Shown here: positions 1-14,725 of the stretch, one piece after another | How positions within the stretch are numbered: position 1 is the stretch's first letter | How the letters are laid out: each line of letters starts with the position of its first letter | Assembly (NCBI GenBank): GCA_951406725.2 | Contig: OX597820.1 | Location: forward strand, 74,524,001 to 74,588,000 | Source: Octopus vulgaris | Taxonomy: Eukaryota | Reading direction: 5' to 3' | DNA: 64,000 nucleotides | Notes under the pieces: generated by a model | Told to the model about the DNA's origin: nothing | Database searches by the model: none | What the model saw: only the letters and a program-made list of their open reading frames with translations | Made by a program: the position numbers and the translations under genes

Positions 1-333
1 ATCGGGGTGCGCATATGTATGGATGTGTGTCTCCATGTGTCTTTGTGTGAAGTTAAGTGTGTGTGTGTGTATATATGGTCACGTGTTTCATTCTTCATTT
101 GTGTATGTATGTGTGTATGTACGCTTGTCTGTTCATGTTACCTATGTACACCTATCCGTCTGTATGTCTATCTTTTTATACATACATGTGTATGAGCACA
201 CACACTAATCCCCACGCATGCGCATAAACAAACAAAAAGAACGCAGCACGGACAACGGACAGAGTCAACGACTATTGAAAAAGTTGCAAGACGCATCGAA
301 AATTTTAGGAAAAATAAGTAAATGAGTGGAAAT

Positions 334-862
334 TACTATTATATGAAAACTAACGGGTTATTTTGCTGGAGATGATAGAAAGGGTCAACTGTCCACAGCC
401 AGTAGACTAAGGGGATACTTGTTTTACTGGTAGTGCTTCAAGAACCCTGCAAAGAATCCCAAGCAATGCTGATTTTTGTAGGTGTTCTACCTTCACACTT
501 GCACCAGATCTTTTTCAGTCATGCTGGTAGTTGAGTGCTGATACTTCCAAGTGCACCAGTTACTACTGGCATAACGTCTACTCTCTTCGTTGACCACAAC
601 CTTCGTATTTCCCCACTTTAAATTATCATAGTTGTTTATTTTTTCTTCTTTCACATTGATGCTGTTTTGCCGGGGCATGCTATGTCGATTATCACACATG
701 TTCTTTTTTATTCACCACAACAATGTCCGGCTTCCGATATCTGGTCGTGTGATCGCACTGGATCATTGCATCCCACAGGATTTTGCAATTATCATTTTCG
801 GTGACTCCTTCTGGAGTTGCTCATACCCCATCTTTACTCTTTGTAGGCCGTGATCTTCAAAG
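334..862 (-). mobile_element. 5'-truncated R4/Dong-like non-LTR retrotransposon 3' end (subfamily A): RLE endonuclease C-terminus + 3' UTR
   Basis: Minus-strand frames give ILWDAMIQCDH..PDIVV, PVVTGALGS, LQKSALLG; colinear with the copy at 30741-31594 including the 3' UTR; frameshifted. Confidence 0.8.
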
Positions 863-865
863 AGT

Positions 866-1242
866 TCTTCTTCTTCTTCTTCTTCTTCTTCTTCTTCTTC
901 TTCTTCTTCTTCTTCTTCTTCTTCTTCTTCTTCTTCTTCTTCTTCTTCTTCTTCTTCTTCTTCTTCGTCTTCTTCTTCTTCGTCGTCTTCTTCTTCTTCT
1001 TCTTCTTCTTCTTCTTCTTCTTCTTCTTCTTCTTCTTCGTCGTCGTCGTCCTCCTCCTCTTCTTCTTCTTCTTCTTCTTCTTCTTCTTCTTCTTCTTCTT
1101 CTTCTTCTTCTTCGTCTTCTTCTTCTTCTTCTTCTTCTTCTTCTTCTTCTTCTCTTCGTCGTCGTCGTCCTCCTCCCTCTTCTTCTTCTTCTTCTTCTTC
1201 TTCTTCTTCTTCTCTTCTTCTTCTTCTTCTTCTTCTTCTTCT
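866..1242. repeat. (TTC)n/(GAA)n microsatellite with GTC/CTC interruptions
   Basis: Direct reading; explains poly-L/F/K ORFs. Confidence 0.98.
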
Positions 1243-1312
1243 TTACTTTTAATCTGCATTTTTGTTACAATCTCTTGTCGAGACACATCCAGCGTCCTAG
1301 GGCGAGTGAAGG
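1243..1312 (-). mobile_element. Short 3' UTR remnant related to subfamily D R4-like element
   Basis: Reverse complement gccctaggacgctggatgtgtctcgacaagaga...aaagaagaa resembles 12997-13055 gccctaggagccgggaagacactcggcaagaaa...gaaagaaga. Confidence 0.55.
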
Positions 1313-1319
1313 ATTATTC

Positions 1320-3410
1320 TTATTATTCAGTAATCTTATTTTTATCACGTGCTTTCACGGCGCTACCGAGCGAAGCTCTGAGTGCTTTGGCTGTGCTATG
1401 TGCTGTGTTTTGTTGTGGTGCTCTTATTTTCATTGTGTTGAAAGTGTTTCACATAGGATGTGTGCAATGTCTAGTAGTGCTATTTTCTGTATGTTATATA
1501 TACTTATAAGACCTGATGTTTTTTGTTATCTGTTTGTCTGAATGTTTTTCTATCATACATAATGCGCCTACAATAATAGGAATTGTTTCTGTTGTTAGAT
1601 TCCACATTCGAGTTACCTCTATATCCACATCATCGTATTTTGAAAGTTTCCCCGTTTCTTTTAGAGAAACATTGTCATCTGTTAGTATTGATGCATCGGT
1701 TAGAAAGCATTGTTTTTCTTGGTGATTTCTGACAACTATATCCGTCCTATTGGCCTTAATTGCTCTATGTGTATTGGCATATCCCAGAGTATGGTTGGTG
1801 TCTCATTTTCTATGATCTTTTCTGATGTGTGCTTATACCATTTTTTTCTGCTGTTATTTCATAGTGTTGGCATAGCTTCCAGTGTAATATATGTTTCGAC
1901 TCTGCCGTGTCTGTGAATATATTTTTTCTTAGCCAGGACTGGGCAGCCAGAGACAATATAATTTATAGTTTCTTCTCCATCACCAAACATTCTGCAGTTA
2001 CTTGTATTTCTGTTCAGTTCGTGTTTTTGGTAATTTCTGGTGGGAAGGCTTTGGTCTTGTACTGCAATTAAAAATGTCTCTGCTTTGAGTTCTGAGCTTC
2101 TCAGCCATTGATGAGATTTTGCTTTGTCTATTCGTCTTCTGTTTAGCTTAACCAAACATTCGCCATGAAGGGTCTTTTCTAACCATCGTTTTATCATGAT
2201 CAGTTTTTATTCCAGTTTCAGTTTGGATTTCAGTTCCTTTACAGCTTTTGTTGTTTTTTCTTTTTCTTCATAGTTATTAGGTACTATGATTTTTTTTTTG
2301 TAATTGTCAGCTTCCTTAAAGATTGAAAATAGTTTTTTGTTCGTGTTTTGTGGCTATTTGTATTAGTTTTCCTAGTTTCTGAAGAAGATATTTCTGTATT
2401 CATATGGTGGTTATTTTGTAATAGTTTTCTAACTGTATAAGGTCTCTACCACTTTCAATACGTTGTATATATAGCCTTTCTATATCAGATTTTGGATGGT
2501 GTATCCTAAGTCCTGTCATTATTTTTCTTGTTTTCTTGTCTATTTTGATTAGTTCAATTAGAGTCCAGTTAAGAAGATTGTAGCTGTAATTTATAACTGG
2601 GATGGCTAGCGTGTTGATACCTATTACCTTGTTTTCGCGTTGAGCTCTCTTTCCAGAATTAATCTAACTCTTCTATAGTATTTCTGATATTCTCTTTCAT
2701 TTGTGTGTTGTATCGTATCTAGTTCATTGATTCTTAAGTATTTGTTTATCTGGCTTTGATCTAATTCACTTATTTAATTTCCTTTATCTAGTGCGGTGTT
2801 GTTAATCTTAACTAATTTTCCTCTTGTCAAGGTTGCTTCGGCACATTTTTCTTAGCCACATTTCGTGCTTTTTCCTTTGGTAAATCCATGTAGTGTCTAG
2901 TAATTTTCCAGCTGTTTATCATTTCTAGCATGCAATTTTAGTTCATCCATATACACGATTGTTTTGCCGAAACAGTTGTATCTGCATCCAGTTCTGCTTA
3001 ACATGTCAGATAAACGTGTCAGTGCCAAGCTGAAAGGGCGTGGAGAGAGCGTGTCTTCCTGGAATATCCCTTTTTTAATGGGGATGGCTTTGGTTTCTAT
3101 GAGTCCCTCTTTTGTCTGGAACTGTAACACCGTCTGCCATTTATTCATGGATTGTTTTATATATTTTATTATCGGTGCTACCTTGTTCATAGGTAGTGTT
3201 TCTCGGATTCATGTGTGGGGAATACTATCAAAAGCTATTCGATAATCGATCCAGGCCATACTTAGACCCTTCTTTTTTCTGCAGCTGTCTTCAGTTATGG
3301 CTTAATTGATCATTCGATGATCTTTACAGCTGTATGAGCCCTTGAAGCATCCCTTCTGCTCTTCTGGAAACAAGTTGTTTTCTTCCAGATGTTTGCACAT
3401 TCTCCGCGAT
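1320..3410 (-). mobile_element. Decayed R4/Dong-like non-LTR retrotransposon (subfamily B): RT, CCHC zinc knuckle, RLE, 3' UTR
   Basis: Minus-strand peptides PEEQKG, WIDYRIAFDSIPH, KKGIFQEDTLSP, YMDELKL, AVQDQSLPTRNY, CRMFGDGEETINYIVSGC, RH, PIIVGAL; 3' UTR matches 13654-13750; many stops/frameshifts. Confidence 0.9.
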
Positions 3411-3559
3411 ATTATCATACGATTGTATTTAACGATAGGTTTGCTCGATCGCGCTGGTATCCTTTTATTCGATTACTTGCTTCAGTAATTTGACTGCGGC
3501 CATGCTAGAGCACCGCCTAAACCGAACAAAAAAATCTAGCAGCTCAAAAGATATGTGTC

Positions 3560-4166
<607 letters not shown>

Positions 4167-4594
4167 AAGAACTCAGTCATATGAGGGTGAATACACGATT
4201 AATCAGACGGAAGTATGACTTCCCATTCGGTTGGTGAAGCAGACAAGGAAAGCTTAAATTTTGATTGGATAAAGAGATTATCTTTTGATTGCCAAAAGAA
4301 ACTTATCTATCCAATAGGAGCGTATTTGATAAAGTTAAACAAATAGCGAAGGAATTATAAAGAAGGAAACTCAGAGCCAATATGTCTACCCTACTGAGCT
4401 ATTTCTGTCTTCTCCTATACTGAATTGAATAACTGAGATATATCCATCGTTGTCCTCGTGGACGCTATCGTGATGAACGTTGTGAGAATGAAGACAAACA
4501 TAACGAAAAGAATTGTAGCCACATGACAAATACACTCAAAATCAGATGAACTGAAGTTAAAGCATACACGCACAATCACACGCAGAAAAAACAT

Positions 4595-4935
4595 TCACAC
4601 ACACATACACACGCACACGTACATACATAGACATAATACATATATATATGTGTGTGTATGTATATATATATACATATATATACGTACTCATATGCATGCA
4701 TATATATATGTATATATATATGTATATATATATAACTGTATATATATATATATATACATTGACACAAATATATACACATGCACATACATATATATATATG
4801 TGTATATATATATATGTATGAATATATATATATTTATATATATATGTATATATGTATATGTATATATATATGAATATATATATATATATATTTATATATA
4901 TGTATATATATATATATACATACATATACATACAT

Positions 4936-4966
<31 letters not shown>

Positions 4967-4985
4967 CATATATATACATATACGT

Positions 4986-5067
<82 letters not shown>

Positions 5068-5075
5068 GTATATGC
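4595..5075. repeat. Compound (TA)n/(CA)n microsatellite
   Basis: Direct reading. Confidence 0.95.
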
Positions 5076-5800
5076 TGCAGAATATATACGTATACGACTA
5101 GCAAGCCATATACTTACTAATCTGCAGCACAGAAATCGGCAATCAATAGGATACGAAGAGATCACTCAGATTGCAAATTAGATGTGCAAACAGCGAGTTA
5201 CATTCAACAGCTGTAAATCTCACGCCGTTCTGACGCTACATACGAAATATTGTATGGAGACACCCTTCTTATTCAATCCGAAATTACCTTACGTTCTCCA
5301 GTTTTTTTGTTGTTGTTATATGTTATGCATTTTTTTGATTTCATTTGATATTATTTATTTATTTTTCTTTCTTTTACCGCATCTCTGAAACACCGAAATG
5401 AATAAAATTACAATGTTCTAATTAAGACTCGGAATTTTGCTAGTTTAAAATTATTTCGTTTATTTTGTTTTTTAAGTGTTATATGCAAAACGTTACGCAC
5501 ATACACACACACTCACATCACACACACGTGCGCGTATGAATATAATACGGAATACGGATTTGGAAATGTTTTAGAGAAAGATATTATCAACTCTAATTCA
5601 AGTAATTAAAGATTTTTTAAAAATAGACAGAAATTTAAACAGGATACTCTATCGTTTTATAGCTTGATTTTATTGTTATGAATTTTGAATTTTGTTTCAT
5701 TAATAACACAAATATATACATGTGCAAATAACCATATGTATTTATGTAGTTATGTGTGAGCGTGCGCATTTATGTGCCTGTTCCTGTGTGTGTGTGCATA

Positions 5801-6532
5801 GAGGGTGTTCAAAAAAATCTCTCCGCAATAAGTATTGCATTCTTTTCTACACTAGGTACACGGCCCGAAATTTGGGGGGAGGGAGCTAGTTGATAAGATC
5901 GACTCCAGAACGCAATTGGTACTTAATTTATCGACCCAGAAAGTATGAAAAGCAAAGTCGACGTCGGCGGAATTTGAACTCAGAACGTAAAGACAGACGA
6001 AATAGCGCTATGCATTTCGCCCGGCGTGCTAAAGTGTCTACCAGTTGCCACCTTCCGCAATAAGTATTTGATTGCAAAATAAATATTTATAATATGGTAT
6101 AAGACTACAAAAGAATATATTAGACTTTGCAAAACTTTAAAAAACTTTATAAGAGGTGTCAAAAGTGTCGTCCTTCATTTTCAATATATAAGTTGACTCT
6201 TCAACACATGTTTTGAAATGCGTCTTGGAGTCTGACGCGTATTAAATCAGGTGATCTTGGTGGCCAAAGTCTCTTCGAAATAATCTGTTCACCGTAAAAC
6301 TCTCCAAGTAGCGCCATGTTGATGTGCGAAGTATGTGCGGTAGCTTCATCTTGCTGAAACACCCATTCAACTAAAAAGCGTACGTTCTTCAATGGTTAGT
6401 ATGTCGACACGCTGAAGGGTACACAAAGACTGAGGCACATTGGCTGACACCCGGCCGCCCACGCATTAATAGCCAAGTTGCGCATGCGCAGGATGAAAAA
6501 GTTCATTGCAGAGAGACTTTTTGAACACCCTG
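5801..6532 (-). mobile_element. Internally deleted Tc1/mariner-superfamily DNA transposon
   Basis: TIRs gagggtgttcaaaaaaatctctccgcaat (left) and revcomp cagggtgttcaaaaagtctctctgcaat (right), TA on both flanks; transposase motifs VFQQDEATAH and WPPRSPDL in ORF 6201..6392. Confidence 0.85.
5837..6053 (-). mobile_element. SINE group 2 inserted in the transposon TIR with 15-bp TSD
   Basis: Revcomp matches SINE at 49121; tccgcaataagtatt occurs at 5822-5836 and 6054-6068. Confidence 0.85.
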
Positions 6533-6750
6533 TATATGTGTGTGCGTGTGTATGTGTGTATATGTGCATGTGTGTGTGTGCGGGTAAGTGTGTTAGGATA
6601 AATTACACATGATCTTCAACAAGATCTGCATCTGAATTTATCATATCGTGGCATTTTATTCACTGAGATTATTCCACAAATAATTGGATACTAATTGGAA
6701 TATTACCAACTGTAATGAAATACATAAACAGAAAGACTGAATATCGCGTA

Positions 6751-7899
6751 TCTCTCTATATATAAAACTGAGAATGTGTGTCTGTCTGTCTGTCTGTCTG
6801 TGTGTTTCCCTAAAACTTGAGAACTACACAACCAATTTCATTCAAATTTTACACATGCCTTACTTTTGGTCTAGGGCGAGCCCACAGCGATATCATATCT
6901 TTTCCACTACGATTCCCTAAATCTTGAGAACTACACAACCAATTTCATTCAAATTTTACACATGCCTTACTTAGGGACCATGTAGTTTCATGAGCAAAAA
7001 AAATGTTCAACTTCTTGCCTAGAGCGAGCCCATAGCAATATCATATCTTCTCCACTATTTCAGTATTATGTGTTAAAAGTGAAAAAAAAACATTTCTCTA
7101 TTTTATGTCAGATATTTCACTTTAACAATAAAAATAATAATAACAATTAAATTATATGTAGTAAGTTATAATTAAAATCAAACTAAAGTATAATATAATC
7201 GTAACATAACAAAAGTAAAAATAGCAATTGGTATAAAATTGCATCAATGACTTGAACTTGAATAAATGGTTTCACATGAATGGGAATAAATTAAAAATAA
7301 AATTAGCGTGCAGAAATGGAATAGTCCAGATGGATAATAAAAAATTAAATTAAAGAAAAGACTATTGTCTATAAAGTATACAATGTAGAGAAAAAAGATT
7401 TGAACACCTGGAGGAAAGCATCATCGAAAAGTGTCTTGATGTGACTATGAAAGATATCTAACCAGAGGCGGTAAATTCGCCACAATAGAAGCAAGGTTCG
7501 AGTCAACGGAGCATGCAAGGGAGTACTCGACTCGAACTTGCAAAGTGCAAATATTTTATTTTTACCTTTATATCTGGGACGTAGGACGTCCCGGATAAAA
7601 ATTTAAAATGCCCCCCGCCCCACCTAACAGTAGAGGTAGGCTGGATTGTAGCCACACTTCTATACAAGAGGGAGGACAAGATACAATTGATCGAAATTAC
7701 AAGAGACGGGCCTACAATTCCACTCTGTTATATATTTTGAGTATTGTTATCACTAGCGATATCAAGATATAACTTTGTATTTTGTATTTTATGTGTAGAT
7801 GTATATATATATAGATGTACATGTAATATGTACACATACATATAAACATATATACATGCACTAGCACTATAACCCGGCAACGACGGGTCATAATGCTAG
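6751..7899 (+). mobile_element. Non-autonomous Helitron-like element
   Basis: Begins TC after A, (GTCT)n near the 5' end, ends with hairpin acccg-gcaacga-cgggt then CTAG before T; no TSD seen. Confidence 0.75.
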
Positions 7900-8066
7900 T
7901 ATTCATATAAAGAAAATGAGCATATATTTACTTAACAATGGTATTCCGGGGCAGCTGGATGTTTGTGTGACTATTCACTTCGTCAGGAGTTATTAAACCT
8001 CTTCGAATACAACCTCCTCCCCTAACATGACACAAGTGTTCAAGTCTAGCTGTGTGTGCGTGTGTG

Positions 8067-8115
<49 letters not shown>

Positions 8116-8118
<3 letters not shown>

Positions 8119-8275
8119 ACGGGCATTTTTCAGTTTTCGTCTACCAAATCCACTCACAAGGCTTTGGTCGGCCCGAGGCTATGAGGACACTTGCCTAAGG
8201 TGCCATGCTGTGGGACTGAGCCCTGAACCATGTGGTTGGTAAGCAAGATACTTGCCACACAGTCACTCCTGCACC
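8116..8275 (-). mobile_element. SINE group 1, 5' half
   Basis: Revcomp of the head/core of 24064-24477. Confidence 0.85.
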
Positions 8276-9513
8276 TATATATATATGTATACACACACAA
8301 AGTATGAATACCTTTATGCAGATATACAGTCACATATAGCGTGTGTATTGTACAGTTCTGAAACAGTACAGAGTAATACACAAAATATGAGTAGATTCTC
8401 CTAAACATACCAATCTGTACTTCAAGAAGCAACATAAGCATTTTACCAAACGCTGATTACCAAGCCTGTGGAGGAACATCATCGCAGTCGATTGCGCTGG
8501 AAAGTGTTATGAAATTTTATCTCAATGTTTCCACGAATATTGTTTCATCAGACGGTGTAGGAAGGGACAGCTCCCCATGATGTCTTACAATAAATACATA
8601 TGGTTGTTTGGAGTTGATGTGGCCAAAGCGTACAAGGGCAAGAAATGACCCCTTTCATCAAGGTATGAAAATATCTCCAGTGTGATCTACATGAAAAAAA
8701 TGTGGAGCGCCCTGGACAGAAAGGAAATACCCTGATGACCAAAGATAGATTGCGATTAGCGATGGGTTTGCTCGATCGGACTGGTGTTCTTTTATCCTTT
8801 TAATTGTGTGTCGATCATTTGGCTGCGGTCATGCTGGAGCACCGCCTAAACCGAACAAAAGAATCTTGCGAAAGACTCTTTGTGCAATGCTCTCGTAAAT
8901 CTACATTTCAACATCCGCCTTATTGGTAATAAAAATGGATCCTAATTTAGGTACACGACCAATAATTTTTAGGGGAGATACCATCGACTCCACTATTTCA
9001 CTGACACTTTAACGACCTCAGAAGGATGAAGTACAATGTTAAGCTTGGTGAGATTTGAACTGTGAATGTAAACGGATATCACTAATTAGCGCAAAGTGCT
9101 TAACCCTTTGCTATATTAATTATGTTCGTTAATTGCCTTCAGAACTATCAATTAACCCTCTTCACAACTCAGAACGAAACGGGACCTAACTAAAAATATA
9201 TTGTGCCGTTAGTACACTCTCTACTATCCTCTCATAATGTGTGAGTTTATAGCTATCATTTTTAGCTCTGACATGATGCTATACACGTCAGAAGTGTCGT
9301 AGAGTGGAATTAGATTACTCTAGTGGTTAATGAAATGCATTCACAATCTTGCGGTCGTGAGTTCGATCTTTGGAGCAGAAGGCACATTGTGATCATGAGC
9401 TAGGCTCTCATTTCACATTGTTCCATTCCATTCCACTAGAAATAAGTAATTCTACGACAGATTGGCGTCCCATTCTTACACACTATAAAAACAGGATAAC
9501 CACCCTATGAGTC

Positions 9514-9608
9514 CTCGGCGGAATTTGAACTCAGAACGTAAAAACGGACGAAACGCCGCTAAGCATTAGCACCCGGCTCGGTAACGATTCTGCCAGCTCA
9601 CTGCCTTA
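9514..9608 (-). mobile_element. SINE group 2 head fragment
   Basis: cggcggaatttgaactcagaacg...ctgccagctc shared with other copies. Confidence 0.75.
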
Positions 9609-9864
9609 CCAAAAATCTAAATGATAAATTTTTTAACCATTTCATTTCAAAAGCATAATGGCTTGTGACTGAACACTGGCAAGGCATTCTATTCGAAACT
9701 TCTGCCTTTTCCGATACCATTTACAATTTAATGGGATGTAAAAAAAATTTGATTATCTGTTTCTTGGCTGTTTGGTTAAGAATGTTACTTCACACCCGTG
9801 ACCAAGTGGTTTCGGGTTCCATTCCACTGCGTGGCGTCTTGGCTTATGGAAACTGTGTAGAAGT

Positions 9865-9903
<39 letters not shown>

Positions 9904-9932
9904 GTGTGTGTGTGTATGTATTTATGTATGTA

Positions 9933-9964
<32 letters not shown>

Positions 9965-9978
9965 CATGTATATATATT

Positions 9979-10205
9979 AGGCGCATGGCTCAGTTGTTAG
10001 AGCATCGGTCTCACAATCATGAGGTAGTGAGTTCGATTGCCGGACCGGGTTGTGTATTGTGTTCTTTATTTCACGTTACTCCAATTCACTCAGCTGTAGA
10101 AATGAGTTGCGGCGTCACTGGTGCCAAGTTGCATCGTCCTTTGCCTGGACTTGTATCTCGGAGGTAAACTTTTTAGATGCAATCCCGTGGTCATTCGTAA
10201 CCAAA
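9979..10205 (+). mobile_element. tRNA-derived SINE (group 3-related)
   Basis: A box tggctcagttgttag, B box gagttcgattgcc, then cactcagctgtagaaatgag module shared with 19792 and 28891. Confidence 0.7.
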
Positions 10206-10212
10206 GTGGAAA

Positions 10213-10218
10213 GTAATG

Positions 10219-10294
<76 letters not shown>
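10213..10294. repeat. (AAT)n microsatellite upstream of LINE
   Basis: Direct reading. Confidence 0.97.
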
Positions 10295-10295
<1 letters not shown>

Positions 10296-12128
10296 CATCA
10301 TCCTCTTTTGTTTAGCCTTAATACCTCTCTCAAAACTGCTCAATGACGCGCAGTATAGGTATAAAATGTTTGATAAAAATATAAATCATCTCATTTACAT
10401 GGATGATTTAAAGCTTTTTGCAAAAAATGACCAACAACTCAAGGGCTTACTAGCGATAGTCAAACAATTCAGTGACGACATCAGAATGCAATTCGGCCTC
10501 GATAAATGTGCAAAAGCTACCTTTATCAAAGGAAAAATGACAGAAACATCTAACGTTAATCTTGACCTGCAGAATGTCATAAAAGAACTAGACCAAGCGG
10601 AGAGCTACAAGTACCTAGGGGCAATTGAAGGGAACAGAATAAGGCATTCAGAGATGAAGGAAAGGATCAGGAGAGAATGTTATCGCAGAGTGAGAGCAAT
10701 ACTCAAGACATAGCTGAATGCAAGAAACAGGATCGAAGCGATCAATGCATTAGCCATACCAGTCGTGACTTACAGTTTCAATATCGTTAACTGGTCAATT
10801 ACTGAAATATGTCAGCTCGACAGAAAAATAAGAAAACTGTTGACAATGCATAGAATGCACCACCCTAAGGCAGATACAGAACGACTTTATCTGCCAAGAA
10901 AAGAGGGAGGCCGTGGTTTTTTGCAACTGGCAATAACAATGAAGATTGCTACAATTGGCCTAGACACCTACCTGAAAAAGTCTGACGACTGGATGTTAAA
11001 ACTTGTCTCAAAACATGAAAACAAGAAAGCATCATACTCAGTAACAATACAGGCAAAGGCATATCTAATTCCGAATACAACAAATTTCGGAATTAGAGAT
11101 AGACATACAAGAAACAAGCACAGAAAAAGCTAGGCGCATGAAAACCCGTGCCAAAACTGCGGCCTTAGGTATTCTGAATAATAAATAGCAAGAAAAACCT
11201 CTCTATGGCAAATACCCAAAGAGAGCGAATAATGCAGATATTGACAAAGCCCTGACCCATCAATGGCTTATGGCCTCTGGCTTAAAATCTGAAACAGAAG
11301 GGTTTATCATAGCAGCTCAAGATCAATGCCTACCAACAAGAAACTACCAGGCCATTATATTAAAGAACGGCAGTAGCCCAACATGTCGTGTATGCCGACA
11401 ACAAAATGAAACCATTGATCATGTTGTCTCCAAATGCAGTCTTCTAGCGCCTACAGAGTACCTCAACAGGCATGATAGAACTGCACAATATATTCACTGG
11501 GTAATTTGCAAAAACCTGGATTTGCCCCATGAAAAAAACTGGTGGGAACACAATCCACCTCCAGTGCTTGAAAATGACCACATCTCACTCCTCTGGAACT
11601 TCACCATTCAAACTGACAGAAAGATAGATGCAAAAAGGCCAGACATCATATTGAAAGACTTCAGACAAAGAACATGCCTCCTCATTGATATGACTGTCCC
11701 AATCGATATAAACGTATCTGTCAAGACCTACCAAAAACTGAGCAAATATAAAGATCTTGAAATAGAAATCAGCAAAATGTGGAACCTGAAGACTAAAACA
11801 ATACCTGTTGTCATAGGTGCCCTGGGAATGATAGTGCAAGGGGCTGATTGCTACCTAACTCAAATACCAGGAAACCCCAAAATGGCAGAAATTCAAAAGA
11901 TAGTGCTCATGGGAACTGCTCATATCCTACGCAAAATACTCTCTATGTAATCCCAAGGTTTAAATCAAACTTTTTTTTAAAATTTATGTATTAGACATTC
12001 ACTAGTACAACACCCAAATATATGGCACACTAGACATAACAACGTGAACTTCCAACCTGTTGTCTCTTGAGGTCTCTGGGTGAGACTTGGAGCCAACTTG
12101 TATAGACATAAAGCAAAAGTCAAACATA
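10296..12128 (+). mobile_element. R4/Dong-like non-LTR retrotransposon (subfamily C), 5'-truncated within RT; best-preserved copy
   Basis: YMDDLKLFAK, FGLDKCA, YKYLG, HPKADTERLYLPRKEGGRG, AAQDQCLPT, CRVC..HVVSKC, RHD, RPDI, DMTVP, KY, PVVIGALG; stop at 10711, frameshift near 11070, stop near 11186; 3' UTR then (AAT)n. Confidence 0.93.
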
Positions 12129-12216
<88 letters not shown>

Positions 12217-12222
12217 AATAAT
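12129..12222. repeat. (AAT)n tail/target tract
   Basis: Direct reading. Confidence 0.97.
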
Positions 12223-13058
12223 AACCCGGAACTACCAGGCCAATGTGATGAAAAATGGAGCAGACCCAAAATGCCGAATGGTTGAAACAGTGGACCACCT
12301 AATCTCTGGATGTAAAGTCTTAGCACCAGTGGAGTATAAATTAAGACATGACAGAGTTGGCCAATATCTCCACTGGCTAATAAGTCGGCATTACAATATC
12401 AAAACTGCCGACAAGTGGTATAATCACCACCCTGAGGCTGTAACTGAAGGAGAAAATGTAACCAATATCAAAACTGCCGACAAGTGGTATAATCACCACC
12501 CTGAGGCTGTAACTGAAGGAGAAAATGTAACCATTCTGTGGGACTTTCCAGTACATACAGACCGAACCATCAAGGCCAATAAACCAGGTATTGTTGTGAA
12601 AGACCAAAACAATAAAGTTTGCTTATTGATCGACATGAGCATCCCCTGTGATCATAATATCTCAGCGAAAGTGTTTGACAAGCTCAGAAAATATAAAGAC
12701 CTGCTCATTGAAATTGAGAAAATGTGGCATCTCAAGGCGGTTACAATACCAGTGATCGTAGGAGCACTAGGAATGATCAAGAAGGGAACCGAAAATTATA
12801 TGAGAATCATCCCTGGCTTACCATCCCTGCAAGAAGTGCAAAAGATTGTCTTAACTAGTACATCACACGTATTGAGAAGAGCATTGTCGATGTGAGAACT
12901 GTTGCTGCTCATGTATTTTAATTTAACTTAAAAAAAAATGAACGAACTATTGAGTTTGGTTTAATGGCCTACCAATGTATACTATGAGTTTCTTTGCCCT
13001 AGGAGCCGGGAAGACACTCGGCAAGAAATGGAAGCAAATTTGAAAGAAGAAAGAAAAA
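12223..13058 (+). mobile_element. R4/Dong-like element (subfamily D): zinc knuckle + RLE + 3' UTR
   Basis: TRNYQ, KCRMVETVDHLISGC (one Cys lost), RHDRVG, ILWDF, IDMSIP, KYKDL, PVIVGALG; in-frame 69-bp duplication. Confidence 0.9.
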
Positions 13059-13059
13059 A

Positions 13060-13750
<691 letters not shown>

Positions 13751-13754
13751 AATG

Positions 13755-13809
<55 letters not shown>

Positions 13810-13811
13810 TG

Positions 13812-13905
<94 letters not shown>

Positions 13906-14060
13906 GAAGAAGAAGAAGAAGAAGAAAAAGGAGAAAATTAATAAGAAAAGGTGGAGAAGGGAAAGAGGGGGAGGTGGAGGAAAAGAAGAGAAAAAGGAAG
14001 AGGAAAGAGGGAGAGAAGAAAAGAAGATGAAAAATTGGGAAGAAGGGGAAAAAACAGAGA
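13751..14060. repeat. (AAT)n tail grading into GAA/purine-rich tract
   Basis: Direct reading. Confidence 0.9.
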
Positions 14061-14165
14061 AGATTGCAGCAGTCGTATGGAGTTTCTTAGTTTTTCAACA
14101 ATGATTAAATTGACGAAAGAAAAATAAAAGCGACAAAAGACTAACATATATAAACGAGATAGTAA

Positions 14166-14388
14166 ACGACGATGATGATGATGATGATGATGGCGATGAT
14201 GATGACGACGACGACAACATCGGTGACGAAAAAGAAGGGGAAAATGATGATGATGATGATGATGATGATAATCAAAATAGTAGTGGTAGTGGTGATGATG
14301 ATGATGATGATGATGATGATAATGACAATGACGACAACAATAATGATGATGATGATGATGATGATGACGACGATGATGATGATGATGG

Positions 14389-14432
<44 letters not shown>

Positions 14433-14668
14433 GTGATGATGATAACAATGATGGTGAGGGTGATGATCCTGACGACAAAAATGATAATGATGGTGATAAT
14501 GGTGATAGTAACGATGTCGATGATGATGACAATGACGACGACAATAATGATGATGATGATGATGACATTGATGATGATGACGACAACGACGATGATGATG
14601 ACGATGACGATGACGACGTCGACGATGATGACGACGACGACGACGCTGATGATGATGATGATGATAAC

Positions 14669-14725
<57 letters not shown>

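Noticed and set aside
783-1541. Long ORFs (poly-L/F/K) and similar poly-I/M/S/N/Y or YI/CV ORFs throughout
   Set aside because: They are translations of stop-free microsatellites, not genes
8530-8740. Tc1-like transposase remnant
   Set aside because: Only vague FHQ/WP motifs; too degraded to support
9979-10050. tRNA gene
   Set aside because: Acceptor stem does not close and it continues into SINE modules; same for heads at 16069 and 28280-28346
11270-11950. 226-aa ORF as a functional stand-alone nuclease gene
   Set aside because: It is the C-terminal part of a truncated retrotransposon ORF with upstream stops and a frameshift
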